NCBI GenBank assembly: GCA_000002445.1
Contig: CH464491.1
Span: 3,808,001-3,872,000 of the forward strand
DNA: 64,000 nt
Direction: 5' to 3'
From: Trypanosoma brucei
Taxonomy: Eukaryota
Shown here: piece after piece, positions 30,223 through 40,860 of the stretch
Layout of the letters: each line of letters starts with the position of its first letter
Numbering within the stretch: position 1 is the stretch's first letter
Program-made: the position numbers and the translations under genes
Notes under the pieces: model-generated
The model's input: the letters and a program-made list of their open reading frames with translations, nothing else
Database searches by the model: none
What the model was told of the DNA's origin: nothing

Positions 30223-30657
30223 TTACTCACCTTCGATAAGAGGTTCTTCCTCAAAGGAGCTAATTCCTTCCATGCAGGAAATTTGTTCGTTAAAAAGATT
30301 CTGCACTGTTGACGCTGTCTTTACCTGGTGAATTGTTTCTGCCATCCTACCCAGCGCGGCGACACGTTGCGATAGTGGTGTTTGCCTCTGGACTGCCAGG
30401 GCCCGCGCGCTCTCACCCCACGCACAATGTTCCGATAAGTGACTCAAATGCAACTGGTGGAGATTCTCATTTGCGGCAGCGCCAAGGAGAAGTGGCATTG
30501 CCCGGCGTCCATTCACTCGCATGAATTCCTCTCGTATGAAATTGTAATCCATCTGTTCTTTCGTCACCTGTGTCGCTGCCCACAGGGTCCCATGGCAACG
30601 CATAAGTTGATGAAACATTGTTGCTTGCGCCAACCGCCGTGCGTAAATATCGTTCAT
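30223..30657 (-). CDS. Hypothetical small protein
   Basis: 144-aa ORF on the same strand as its neighbours, non-repetitive. No recognisable domain. Confidence 0.3.
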   Translation of the reverse strand: MNDIYARRLAQATMFHQLMRCHGTLWAATQVTKEQMDYNFIREEFMRVNGRRAMPLLLGAAANENLHQLHLSHLSEHCAWGESARALAVQRQTPLSQRVAALGRMAETIHQVKTASTVQNLFNEQISCMEGISSFEEEPLIEGE

Positions 30658-30996
30658 TTTAGGGATTTCTCACTACAAGCGTTCCACACAACGGTTTCTG
30701 TCTAGTACACGGGGTGGTGAAGGTATTTGCATACACCGAGTAAAGGAGGAGTAGACACATGATAATTTTCTTTTTTTTTTGCGTGTGTGTGTGTGTGTGT
30801 GTGCGAAAACACAACGATAATGTTACTCCTAAAGTAGACACATTCAGAATATACACGTGTATATAGGTGTTAAAAGATGAGGCGATTACAAAGCGAATTC
30901 ATCGGGGAATGGGGGAAGATCAGTGACAACAAAACGATCCCTCCACACCATTCAAGTGGATGCTGAACTGTAACAATACACACACCACCACATTAT

Positions 30997-31485
30997 CTAT
31001 TTTTTCCTTTCCTGGGCATCGGCCTCCGCCACGAGACCGAGGTGGTCTAACTTCTTTACTCCGACATATGCAAACCCAGCGGCTCGCAACTCCTCCTCGG
31101 TAGCCTTCTCATCTCTGGCGTAATCCGGTACTGGAGAAACCGTTGTTGTACTCGTAATTCGTGGAGGAGCATCTTTCAAACACATCATCGACCGCATTTC
31201 CCAATAAAATATAAGCACAAATATTAGCAAGGACAGTTTGAAGAGTGACCAACTCCAGTCTCTATTAAAGCCCCACACATCAAAAAAAGGAACACTTTCC
31301 CGTGACTCAAAGCGCGGGTCCTGCCAGTGGGGCTTTTCCGGGTCCACATGTTTTAAATCGTTGGGGTCATACATTCTAATGTCTGACATATGCTTAGAGG
31401 AGGATGCGGTATCGACATAAGGTTTTGGTGGGATTGGTGTCTTTTTTTTTCCACGCCGCCCAACGAGCCTAAGGAGCCATTTCAT
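30997..31485 (-). CDS. Hypothetical small single-pass membrane protein
   Basis: ORF extends to 31671, but the upstream part translates a pyrimidine tract (FFFCF...). The likely start is the Met at 31485, 'MKWLLRLVGRRGKKK'. One TM segment 'WSWSLFKLSLLIFVLIFYW'. Confidence 0.35.
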   Translation of the reverse strand: MKWLLRLVGRRGKKKTPIPPKPYVDTASSSKHMSDIRMYDPNDLKHVDPEKPHWQDPRFESRESVPFFDVWGFNRDWSWSLFKLSLLIFVLIFYWEMRSMMCLKDAPPRITSTTTVSPVPDYARDEKATEEELRAAGFAYVGVKKLDHLGLVAEADAQERKK

Positions 31486-31893
31486 AGGTCTGGAATACAC
31501 AATGTTTCGGTTGTGTCCCGTTGTGGAACAGCAAAAAAAAAAGCAAACGAAACGAAAGCAAAAAAAAAAGGAAAAGTACAAGTATTGTTTAAAAGGAGAA
31601 AACCAACAATGCCAGAATCTGCTAACAGTAACTTGCAGTACGGTAATTATGTGTGCCATTTGCCTCCCCACTTGTAAAGATGAGAAAAAATGTCACCGTG
31701 TGTATATTACGTTTGTTCCAACAGCCTCCCCTATTCGGAGTTCACGTTGCATTACCTACAACACCCTGTCATGATTACTTTTAAAATCCACATTACAGTT
31801 TCGCGCAGAGTTTGAAAAAGAAAAAAAAATCAAGTATTTTGTGAACCCTTATCTTTCTCTTTTTTTTTTCCTATCCGCAGTGGTGGCAGCACA

Positions 31894-34800
31894 TCACAAC
31901 CACGCCATCCACCAAATGTACATTTCAGATATGTTTTCGATGGCGGATGAGTGACTGATCAACCGGGAGACCTGACCTTCACAACCCAATGCGAGTGTAT
32001 CTTTTTCTTTGGAGGGATTGTAGAGGTCCAAAAATCCATCGAGGCGCCGTGAGACGCGACCAATCAATTGCTTTGGATCAAAAGACCTCTGCCGCTTCGA
32101 CTGTTCGCGCATCCATTCCACTAATGGATCATGAAGTAAAGTTTCCACAACACTCATAACTGCAGTTTTGTTCTTCATTTGACAGCGCAACGCAGCCTGA
32201 CAACAGGCACGGAAGGGACCATCGACACCCAAAACCCCCATTCCATCAACAACGTTTTGTGTGAGACGAAACCGCACTCGTTCCGGAACCTCCAGCGTTT
32301 CTCCCTTGTCGAACATACACGCAAAATCAACATGCATTAATTCCCCAGTGCGAACGTCAATCATAAGGTTTTCACCGTGTCTATCCCCCAACCCAACGAT
32401 GTGTCCCGCAATGCTCCACAGCGCAGTTGCTTGTGTGTAAATTGTACGTGCGTGATACCAGTCTTGGTGACTGCGAAAGTTACTGTAGAACCAAATATGA
32501 AACACCGGTGGGGCCCTGGGGAAAATAAACCTTTCAAACATGTCCAACTTCTTCATAATCCCACTGTCAACCTTTGCTTTCCATGCCCTGACGTTGGAGA
32601 TACAAACGCCCGTACCATCGATCGCATAGCACTCCTCCACTCCTTTACGAAAAGGGACGAGATTGTTCACCCACTCAATTATGGCACAGTCGTCGTTGAG
32701 AGCTGAAACAGCGTATCGGCGTAATGCAAAACGCTTGCGCCTCGCCTCCGGGTCTGAGAGAAAAAATGTATTCATCAGTGTTGCAATCTCCATCATTCGC
32801 ATATCTTTCCGCGGTTCGTCCCTCGATTTACACAGAAAGGATACAGGTTCCCCCTCGCTACTGACGACCGTAATGCGCTTCGGTTTTTGCAGAGAACTCA
32901 TGATGTTAACCTTTGGTATGAATTCTTGGAAGGTTGCAGAACCCGCAAAGACGCCGCTCTTACTTGGTATGTGAAGCACGTTTGGTGAGAGATTTGCTGT
33001 AGTAGGTAGCAATACCTTCGTTGTGGTAAATATCTTTTCCATTCGCTGAATAAATGGTCTCCCTGCTAGTGATGGCTCACTTGAACGGTTACCATTGGTG
33101 AGTTCCCCCACGGAACAATTGCACAAATCAATCAGCGACTTGAAGACAATAATCATGTTGTCCACAAGTTTCTTTTCATTGGCGGATAATCTTGAATAGG
33201 GTTCTAAAATACCGCGCCGCGCCACCTCGCCACGGCTTGCTTGTTTACTACGGTCAATAGGTAAAACCTGCCACAGACACTGTTGCGGGAATGTTTTCAT
33301 CAAGTTAACGACGGTTTTTGTTATAATGTTCACTACATGTTTGCTTTCATGCCCAATGCGGGAGAGTAGCTGGGGAAGCGCCGTAATAAGGAGTTGTGGA
33401 GAGAGTTTGGTCTCTTCCACAAGAAGAAAGCGCTCAATCATATCGGCCATTTTCTGCAAGGAGGGCGCTACAATATTCGAATCAGGATAGGCTTCGGCAG
33501 CACTACTTGCAAGGGAGGAAGAGCAATTCAGCCACAAGTTGAGCATACGGGGCAGCGAAATTAACACGGTTTTGCATCCCAACTGCAGGGCCATTCCGAA
33601 ATGCTTGATAGCTAGTAGTACGTAAGTTTCCACTGCTTCTACTTCCTTCCTCTCAAAAGTTTCCCTCGTGCTTTTGGCGGCGTCGCTGCTTGATTGAAGA
33701 AGAGAACTGTGCACGGAGTGGTAAACCGTTTCATAGAATAGTGCAAGGTGATGATGCGCCTTTTCCGATGGATGCATGACCAGGGCGAGCTCATAGGAGT
33801 CGACAACCTCCTGAGGTGTTTGATAACTTATGTCTTGTTTCCACCGAGTTAGAAGAACGCGCAGCTTGGCACGAATTTCTGGTGGGATACTTTCGTCACT
33901 GGCTGCATCCTCCGCAAACTCAATGGCTTGTTTCGACATATTCATTTCATAGAGAAGCTTCGCTGGCGTTGTCCAGTACGATGGAGAAGTGAATTTGTTG
34001 TTTAAACTTGCTTGCTTCACAGCACTAAGGGCGGGTTCAAGAAATCCCTCGTTGCGAAGTAGTTTCACATGACTCATCCACGTTTTGCTCACTTCTTCTT
34101 CCATGCTGAACGCGCGGAAGATGGAACGGTGCAGCGATAGTAGAAGCTCTTGTGTGTCCAAGGTCGTCTCAGTTAAGGATGCCCGACGCTGCAACGTTGG
34201 CCCCAGTTCCTGCATCTTCTTTGTATCCCGCAAACCTGTTGCCCGAAATGATACCACGGGATCACTTGGATCAGGTGAAACTTGTGCCATGCTGGTAGCG
34301 ACGGCCACGGCGGCAGATTCGATGTCAGTCAAGGCGTGAAGGAAAACTACATGCGGATACACTTGTGCATAGCTCTCGCGGCACGCCGCACGTATTATGG
34401 GGGCGATTTTCATCCGCTGAAATAGGCAAGCTGCGAAAACATCGTGTAGCGTCCCTCGCCTCTTGAGCATTTTGTTCAGCGCCACCATTGGCAAAGCCAA
34501 ACTCACAGGGAGGTCTTGGCGGGCCTGGACGCTGTCCCACTCCCCTAAGCGCCATGCGGCTTCATTAGCGTAGTTTTGCAGAGCAGCCAACTGTGTCTGG
34601 CGACACCACGTGGCGCTTTGGAGAGTGCTCGGACGCGGCGAATCCTTCAGGAGTGCCTGACTGTACCTGGACATGAGGTGCAGCTGTCCCAGCTGCTGCA
34701 TGCATCGCAAGGCTGTGAACTGGTGGTTTATGCTCTGTGGTCGTTGCTGAAGGACCAATTCACATGCCTGAAGGGCCTGTACCCACTCTCCATTGTTCTC

Positions 34801-37800
34801 GTGGGAAAAAGCAGCGTCTTCGGGATTGTGATCTTGCATCCTGTGGAGGCTTCTGGAGGAGTCCCTGTCGTTGAGAGCCGCAAATATGCGTTGCAACGAA
34901 ATACCCTTCCCAACCACGTCCTGTACCTTTGGGAGATATCGTTGACCCTCCAAGCAGCGTAACGCACGCATGCTGCTACCAATACCTATTGCTGCTTCCA
35001 CTTTCGATGTCCACGGGACGCGTTCGAAAAAATCCCGAATCACTTTGACAACCAAGTCGGCCTTTTCATTATCGATTCCTCCCTCATGTCCTGTCCTGCT
35101 CTTCCGTGGAGTGCGACGCAGTTCAAACAACAGGTGCTCAACACCCTCTAATACGTTGAATATTTGTTGAACGTGCTCTTCTAAAGAGGTTACGTTAGCC
35201 ATGTGTGTATTCACTTCCATCATGAGATTCTGCGAGTGCAGCGACGCTGCCTTGCAACTTTCCTGCACACCAGTTCTTGACGCCGCTTCAAGCAACAAAT
35301 TTACCTCGGTAACTATGGCGTCTGTATCTTCTTCATCCCCTTTGCTAATTATGTGAATAATCATGTGAGGTAACAAGTAACTTATAAGGGTCTGTTCACC
35401 CTTTGCCATGTTTCGTAGTGCCTTCATCATTTGTCCGAAAACTCCCCTACATCGCAGCACTAGATCGCAAAACCACACGTTGAGCCACGTGTTAATCTCC
35501 ATGCCAGACACATATACGGGGCTTCGGAGTTCCGTTCGCTGCAGTACACAAGCAGTGTACTTAGTCGTGGTATATCCTTCAATCATCTGCCGACAGGAGG
35601 GCTCCAGTTCCATCCACCATGAATAGCGTTGCAACTCCTCTATATGCAGTGCCTCATCATTCTGCAACGTAGGGTAACATTTGGACTCTCGCTCAGCGTT
35701 AGCGAATACGCGCAGCAACTCTTGCACCGCAAACGCGGCACGATCGTGCATTGTTGGGTCGGCAGTGTTAGCAAGAGCGCGCGGGCAATGAACGCTCAGC
35801 AACTCCACGGCGAATTCCCTCCAATGAAGAACTTCAGTCGGATGCGATAGTAATAACTTTCGTGTGGAGGATGACACGCGACCACTTAAGTGAAGAGACA
35901 CCGGCGACAAATTGTTCGAGCCTGTGTGCTGACAGCCGTGACGTAGCATCGATCCGTTTGAGTGTCCAACCGCACCAATCATGCCCACGCAAGCGAGGAC
36001 GTACTGAACATACTCATCGTGCAGCTCGAAGACGCAGTTCAACAAGGTTGGTATAAGTTGAGGATGCTGTCTTGCCGCACAAGTGAGTTCCATCCGACCC
36101 GCAACGTCTGTCGTTGAAAGATACTGGTAAAGGGCACGGACAAATACCTTTTTGCACTTTGTTGAACTACTCTGTACGACTGAAAACAAACCAGTTACAA
36201 TAACGTCTACACTTCCTTTTGCACTTAAGGGAGCGTTTCCCGATTCGTACGTTTGGCATTTGGCGGATGATCCATTGCTTCTTAGCCGACGAATAAGAAT
36301 ATTTGAGCGGCTCATAATTTTAAAGTACAACTCCCAAAAGGGTTCAGACTTTGAACGCTCATACACCACTCGCATCGCCTCATCCAAATGAAGAAGGGCC
36401 TCAATATCGCCTGGCTCCGTTAACGCCTCCATACTTAGTAAGTCAACGACAATAGAGGGTGAGTGTTCACTAAGGTACCTAGGTGTGCATCGACTGAGCA
36501 ACTCACGCCACACGGAACAGACAACACGCACCAACTGGGGTCGGAAGCTGCAGAAGTCTAGTATCGCCGGCAGCTTCGACGCTATCACTGTTGTGTGACT
36601 GCCAAGGCACCGGATAAGGGAGATCAGGCCATACAGCCAACGTTGCACTGTGTGGACCGACACATCGACAGTTTCTGCGGTTACGCGGTTGTTTATGCCA
36701 ACGCACTGTGATACTGTGTCAAGTACGGAGAATACATGCTTGGTTAGTGACCCTCCGTCCACTGTGTCATTGGTAACTTGCATTTCCAACACCAGCTTTA
36801 TGTCAGTAACAGAGGGTCCACATTCTCCAATACACAGAGCCATTTCGACAGCAAGGTCAAACTCTGACAGCCCCCCAACATCATCTTCACGCTTCTCTGC
36901 TTCAATATTGTTTCCTACCGCTACTCGTTTTTGTTCGGTGAGGCTGCCCCTATCCCTTGACAAAACTTCCCGGCCGCCATGAAGGTACATCAGACTTGCT
37001 ATTATAGACCCTAGTGAGCGGTTAACCATGTCGGGTAGATCACTTAACCGCTTTGACAAAAACTGGAGGACCTTCTTGACGTTGTCCAGTCTCTCCGAAG
37101 CACCATTCGCCGCATCACAAAGTAAAATATATGCCATTATCATGGGGAACTTAGACATGAGCGAAAGTGGCTCTCCCAATAGTTCATTGATGCGCAGCAA
37201 CTGCTCTGCACCATCGTCGGCAAGTAAAGAACGCGGAAGAATGTCGTCAAGGCCCCGCATGACAACTTCCCGGACGTTTTTACCCAGAAGGTAACACATA
37301 GCCCTGAAGAAAACGGTGTGAATGATATCGGGATCACATGAAAACAGATAGTCCATAGACCACGAAAAGCGAGACATCACGCCATGAGCCACTTCGAGAG
37401 CCGTCGCCTTTGTAGCATACATGTCCCCATCAAGTTCACAAATGGCTCTGCACACGTTGATAACATCACGGCACACTTTAGTATTGCAGTGATCTCGAAG
37501 TGATGAAATGGTGGTTAAGGAAAGGGAGGACGGTGAGAAATCACGTAGCGTGCCGCTGCGCGGCCCCTGCTGAACAAAACCTTCCCACTCCTCCGTGAAA
37601 GCCGCCCGAAGCGTTTCCAGTTGCCTTAACAGTAGTGAAGGCCCAGTACGCTCATCTGCATTTGAATGTTTAGAGATGGTATCCTTTAAAACAGCGGCCA
37701 CATCAACATTGCCGCTGCGCTCAAGAAGAACACGTAAAGATAACGCCGCGTAGCCAAGACGTATTACCTCGTTCCTGTGGCCGAATGCATGTGCCAGCAC

Positions 37801-40503
37801 AAAGTCTGTCGAGGAAGACTTACGTGCACTCAAAAGAACGTTACATAAACACATCAAAGATATGAATGCATCCTGAACGGCTCCGTTATTTGTTGCGCAT
37901 TTATCGGGTACGAGTTGCTGAACCGCGCAAGCTAGATCGTACACTACCGTATCTGTTCTGCCTGTAAGTTCCATTACTGCGGCAACCGGCTGCTTTAACA
38001 CGAATGGATTTACCTCGTGCTCATTAAGCAACTCACTGCACTGTGCTTTTGGTTTTTCTCCATCATACGGTTTTACTTCAACGACATCGTCATTGGTAGA
38101 AGACGAGGAAACCACTTCCACGCCCGTCGTTGCTGTTTCATCCGATGAAGGCTCAACCTCACAATAATCCGCCTGAGTTGCCCGCATCCTCTCAAAAATA
38201 GCAAAAAGTTCGGTCGTGATACCTAACAACTGATTGAGAAAATGCAGCAACGCGTCATTACCGTACGTGGCACCAGACTTGGCCAAACTTACCGCAAAAG
38301 ACGTAGACCAACCCAGTGCATCAAGCAACTTTTGTGATGCAATGACAGTAGCACTGACTCTGGCGGTATCAAGTGGCCCATCTAACGGGGAAGGAGTAAC
38401 GTCGTTTCCGCTCTGCTGGTAGTTGCGAGTCACATGTTCTCGCCACCCACGAAGTACGCCACTGATTCGCCACATCGCAACGTCTTGCTCACCAGCACGC
38501 ACATTGATCACCTCTACGATGAGGCGAGCGATATTGTTGGTGTAGCTAAAGTCCGTTATGGGAAGTCTACGCACAAGTTCAGCGTACAGTAGTGAATACC
38601 GAAGCGGTGAATCACCGATACGAACTGTAACTTTCCCGGAGGTGAGATCCCGCAGCGAATCCAACACTACCGACTGCATTGTTTCTTTTTCACACCCGAA
38701 ACGGAGAATTATTATAGCAGCGTCCAATATACTACTGTCATACTCTGTTACCAGCTGTTTCCACACACAACGGAAAGTTGCTGCCTCTTCGCACAGTATT
38801 GCAGAAGCATTTGCTTTAGCTAAGAGGTAATCGTTGTTCCCCATAACCGCGCGACGGCGTTGTAATATTTTACGCAGCAATGACGATACAGCATCACGTG
38901 GGAAGAAACACAAAAGTTGGTGTACCACACTTGCCTCCACTGACATATCGTGGAAATAGATGGATTCGGGCGTCACCCGCCTGGTGACCAACGCATCCAA
39001 CACATTTTCCCCAATCCTGTAGAAGGTTTCCTCAAAACGCGGCAACAAATCTTGTTTGCATGAGAGAGCCCTTTTGAGCAACGCCAACAGCAACAAAGCT
39101 GCCTCGCGCTTTTCCGCGTCCACCTGTCCAGTTGAACAGCAAGTAATCGCAGAAACTGTGTCATCGCACATGTTTGTATTGAATAATGAATTTGTCAACC
39201 ACTCACTTTGACAAAAGGGGGACTCCCTCTGACCAACTTTCCTTGTTTGTCCAGTGTTTTGCTGAGTAAAACTCTTCCCTACGTGGGGAGGAAACAATTC
39301 TTGTCGAACTTCGCACTGCCTCTCCCTCTTCTGATCAACTAACCAACGGAGTAGAGCTAGTTCTTTACTCCACCCCTTCTTCACGTGCGCACGTGACATC
39401 TCGTACACATGTTGCACAAGTGTGTAAAGGATCATCGGCGCATGAAGTTCCTTCACGAGTAAGTCACTCATCAACATCGCGTGAAGTAGTGATGCAGCGG
39501 TGGTGTGAAGCGCGAAGGCCAGGTTTACTCCCTCTTCACCGTTGCGGCGTTCTCCATTACCGACCGTCTCCTTCCACGATTCATACATTGAAGTGGACAA
39601 GCCAGCAGCCACATTGACGGAAAGAAGACTGCAGGCCAAACGAAGGATACTTTTGCGTTCCCTCCACGTCGGCAAAAGAGGAAAGTTTCCTGTTAGCAAC
39701 ATATTTATTACCGTGCAAAAACATTGAGCAACACTAACCACTTCGTAGAGGCTTTCCGCGACAATTGTAGTCCTGAAGAGCTGTCTCGTGTCTCCCCTAA
39801 ATCCCAAAACTTCAGGCAGCCTAAGAACCTGTATCGTACACCGTCCATACCCGCTTCGTCGGCCAGGAACAGTTGTGAATACGAACGCTCCGATGACCTC
39901 CTCCTGGACGATGACTTTAAACAGCTGCAGTAGAAGCGGCTGATAACAATTGTACAAAACGTCAAAAGCGTGGTGAAGTACCTTAAACAAAATATCGCCT
40001 ATGGCGCATGTCTTTGAAGGTATACCCAAGATGGGAAACAGTGAAAAGAGTGTCAAAATGCAGTGAATGAGGATAGCCGGGGCAGCTACGACTATGCGGG
40101 TTACTGTGGCATACATGCGAAGAGTGAGCACCGAATACCTTGCCACACGCTGCGGGTTCCCCAGCATCAATTCGCGCACCTCCCCGGGGAGCTGTGCTAC
40201 ATTTGGTGAAGCAAACCCAACAACATAGGGCCTCAAGTCAAGAACAAGGTTCCACATCTTCCCTTGCAGGGCTTCGCTTGGTTTGTCTGCACCAGCTGCA
40301 ACCTCATCCCTGAGCGCTGCCGCACGTTGCCCAAACTCCTTTAGGCGAAGCCTAAAGGTAGACGAGTCCTCTGTAGAGTCACGAGGCCGCTTCGACGCGG
40401 TGGAAAATCGATTATGTTCGGTCACGTTACCCGGCGATGTGACAATGGTAACAACGTTTTCCGCATCTATCTCCATCCACTTGCAGCTGAAAATCGAATG
40501 CAA
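31894..40503 (-). CDS. ATR: PIKK-family protein kinase ATR (ataxia telangiectasia and Rad3-related)
   Basis: 2869 aa. C-terminal PI3K-like kinase domain with catalytic loop 'GLGDRHGENLMID' and 'HVDFACMFDKG'. FATC-like tail '...YIWWMAWL'. 'DEPRKDMRMMEI' and 'RRYAVSALNDDCAIIEWVNN' match the ATR-specific block ('DDLRKDCRLMEF', 'IPLNEECGIIEWVNN') rather than ATM, TOR or DNA-PKcs. Confidence 0.85.
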   Translation of the reverse strand: MHSIFSCKWMEIDAENVVTIVTSPGNVTEHNRFSTASKRPRDSTEDSSTFRLRLKEFGQRAAALRDEVAAGADKPSEALQGKMWNLVLDLRPYVVGFASPNVAQLPGEVRELMLGNPQRVARYSVLTLRMYATVTRIVVAAPAILIHCILTLFSLFPILGIPSKTCAIGDILFKVLHHAFDVLYNCYQPLLLQLFKVIVQEEVIGAFVFTTVPGRRSGYGRCTIQVLRLPEVLGFRGDTRQLFRTTIVAESLYEVVSVAQCFCTVINMLLTGNFPLLPTWRERKSILRLACSLLSVNVAAGLSTSMYESWKETVGNGERRNGEEGVNLAFALHTTAASLLHAMLMSDLLVKELHAPMILYTLVQHVYEMSRAHVKKGWSKELALLRWLVDQKRERQCEVRQELFPPHVGKSFTQQNTGQTRKVGQRESPFCQSEWLTNSLFNTNMCDDTVSAITCCSTGQVDAEKREAALLLLALLKRALSCKQDLLPRFEETFYRIGENVLDALVTRRVTPESIYFHDMSVEASVVHQLLCFFPRDAVSSLLRKILQRRRAVMGNNDYLLAKANASAILCEEAATFRCVWKQLVTEYDSSILDAAIIILRFGCEKETMQSVVLDSLRDLTSGKVTVRIGDSPLRYSLLYAELVRRLPITDFSYTNNIARLIVEVINVRAGEQDVAMWRISGVLRGWREHVTRNYQQSGNDVTPSPLDGPLDTARVSATVIASQKLLDALGWSTSFAVSLAKSGATYGNDALLHFLNQLLGITTELFAIFERMRATQADYCEVEPSSDETATTGVEVVSSSSTNDDVVEVKPYDGEKPKAQCSELLNEHEVNPFVLKQPVAAVMELTGRTDTVVYDLACAVQQLVPDKCATNNGAVQDAFISLMCLCNVLLSARKSSSTDFVLAHAFGHRNEVIRLGYAALSLRVLLERSGNVDVAAVLKDTISKHSNADERTGPSLLLRQLETLRAAFTEEWEGFVQQGPRSGTLRDFSPSSLSLTTISSLRDHCNTKVCRDVINVCRAICELDGDMYATKATALEVAHGVMSRFSWSMDYLFSCDPDIIHTVFFRAMCYLLGKNVREVVMRGLDDILPRSLLADDGAEQLLRINELLGEPLSLMSKFPMIMAYILLCDAANGASERLDNVKKVLQFLSKRLSDLPDMVNRSLGSIIASLMYLHGGREVLSRDRGSLTEQKRVAVGNNIEAEKREDDVGGLSEFDLAVEMALCIGECGPSVTDIKLVLEMQVTNDTVDGGSLTKHVFSVLDTVSQCVGINNRVTAETVDVSVHTVQRWLYGLISLIRCLGSHTTVIASKLPAILDFCSFRPQLVRVVCSVWRELLSRCTPRYLSEHSPSIVVDLLSMEALTEPGDIEALLHLDEAMRVVYERSKSEPFWELYFKIMSRSNILIRRLRSNGSSAKCQTYESGNAPLSAKGSVDVIVTGLFSVVQSSSTKCKKVFVRALYQYLSTTDVAGRMELTCAARQHPQLIPTLLNCVFELHDEYVQYVLACVGMIGAVGHSNGSMLRHGCQHTGSNNLSPVSLHLSGRVSSSTRKLLLSHPTEVLHWREFAVELLSVHCPRALANTADPTMHDRAAFAVQELLRVFANAERESKCYPTLQNDEALHIEELQRYSWWMELEPSCRQMIEGYTTTKYTACVLQRTELRSPVYVSGMEINTWLNVWFCDLVLRCRGVFGQMMKALRNMAKGEQTLISYLLPHMIIHIISKGDEEDTDAIVTEVNLLLEAASRTGVQESCKAASLHSQNLMMEVNTHMANVTSLEEHVQQIFNVLEGVEHLLFELRRTPRKSRTGHEGGIDNEKADLVVKVIRDFFERVPWTSKVEAAIGIGSSMRALRCLEGQRYLPKVQDVVGKGISLQRIFAALNDRDSSRSLHRMQDHNPEDAAFSHENNGEWVQALQACELVLQQRPQSINHQFTALRCMQQLGQLHLMSRYSQALLKDSPRPSTLQSATWCRQTQLAALQNYANEAAWRLGEWDSVQARQDLPVSLALPMVALNKMLKRRGTLHDVFAACLFQRMKIAPIIRAACRESYAQVYPHVVFLHALTDIESAAVAVATSMAQVSPDPSDPVVSFRATGLRDTKKMQELGPTLQRRASLTETTLDTQELLLSLHRSIFRAFSMEEEVSKTWMSHVKLLRNEGFLEPALSAVKQASLNNKFTSPSYWTTPAKLLYEMNMSKQAIEFAEDAASDESIPPEIRAKLRVLLTRWKQDISYQTPQEVVDSYELALVMHPSEKAHHHLALFYETVYHSVHSSLLQSSSDAAKSTRETFERKEVEAVETYVLLAIKHFGMALQLGCKTVLISLPRMLNLWLNCSSSLASSAAEAYPDSNIVAPSLQKMADMIERFLLVEETKLSPQLLITALPQLLSRIGHESKHVVNIITKTVVNLMKTFPQQCLWQVLPIDRSKQASRGEVARRGILEPYSRLSANEKKLVDNMIIVFKSLIDLCNCSVGELTNGNRSSEPSLAGRPFIQRMEKIFTTTKVLLPTTANLSPNVLHIPSKSGVFAGSATFQEFIPKVNIMSSLQKPKRITVVSSEGEPVSFLCKSRDEPRKDMRMMEIATLMNTFFLSDPEARRKRFALRRYAVSALNDDCAIIEWVNNLVPFRKGVEECYAIDGTGVCISNVRAWKAKVDSGIMKKLDMFERFIFPRAPPVFHIWFYSNFRSHQDWYHARTIYTQATALWSIAGHIVGLGDRHGENLMIDVRTGELMHVDFACMFDKGETLEVPERVRFRLTQNVVDGMGVLGVDGPFRACCQAALRCQMKNKTAVMSVVETLLHDPLVEWMREQSKRQRSFDPKQLIGRVSRRLDGFLDLYNPSKEKDTLALGCEGQVSRLISHSSAIENISEMYIWWMAWL

Positions 40504-40860
40504 AACAGCCTATAACGCTTTGGGCAACTTCCTTACAGTTATTTACCCTCCTGTTCATGGTAGAAAGATTGACGTTAAAGGTAATTAAAATGACGAGAGT
40601 AATAAGTGATAAGGACAGACATAATATCCACTTGTACCACGATGCGAAAATCAGGGTGGGTAGCAAAACTGATTAATATTTGCCAAAACTGCGGTGTCCT
40701 CTCCCCTTCCTCATATGCAACTTCCCGTGACCATTAGTATTTGTATGCTCTAACGCGCAACCGCAATCACGGTGCTGCACATTCTTCGCACTGTAGACAT
40801 GCAACCGAAAGGGATACGGAAGAATGTATAGCGCAGAGGCTGTGCATACGCAAAAAGGGT

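Noticed and set aside
32377-39965. Numerous 60-130-aa plus-strand ORFs inside the ATR gene, and the plus ORF 48774-49334 inside the FtsH gene
   Set aside because: These are shadow ORFs antisense to strongly supported CDSs.
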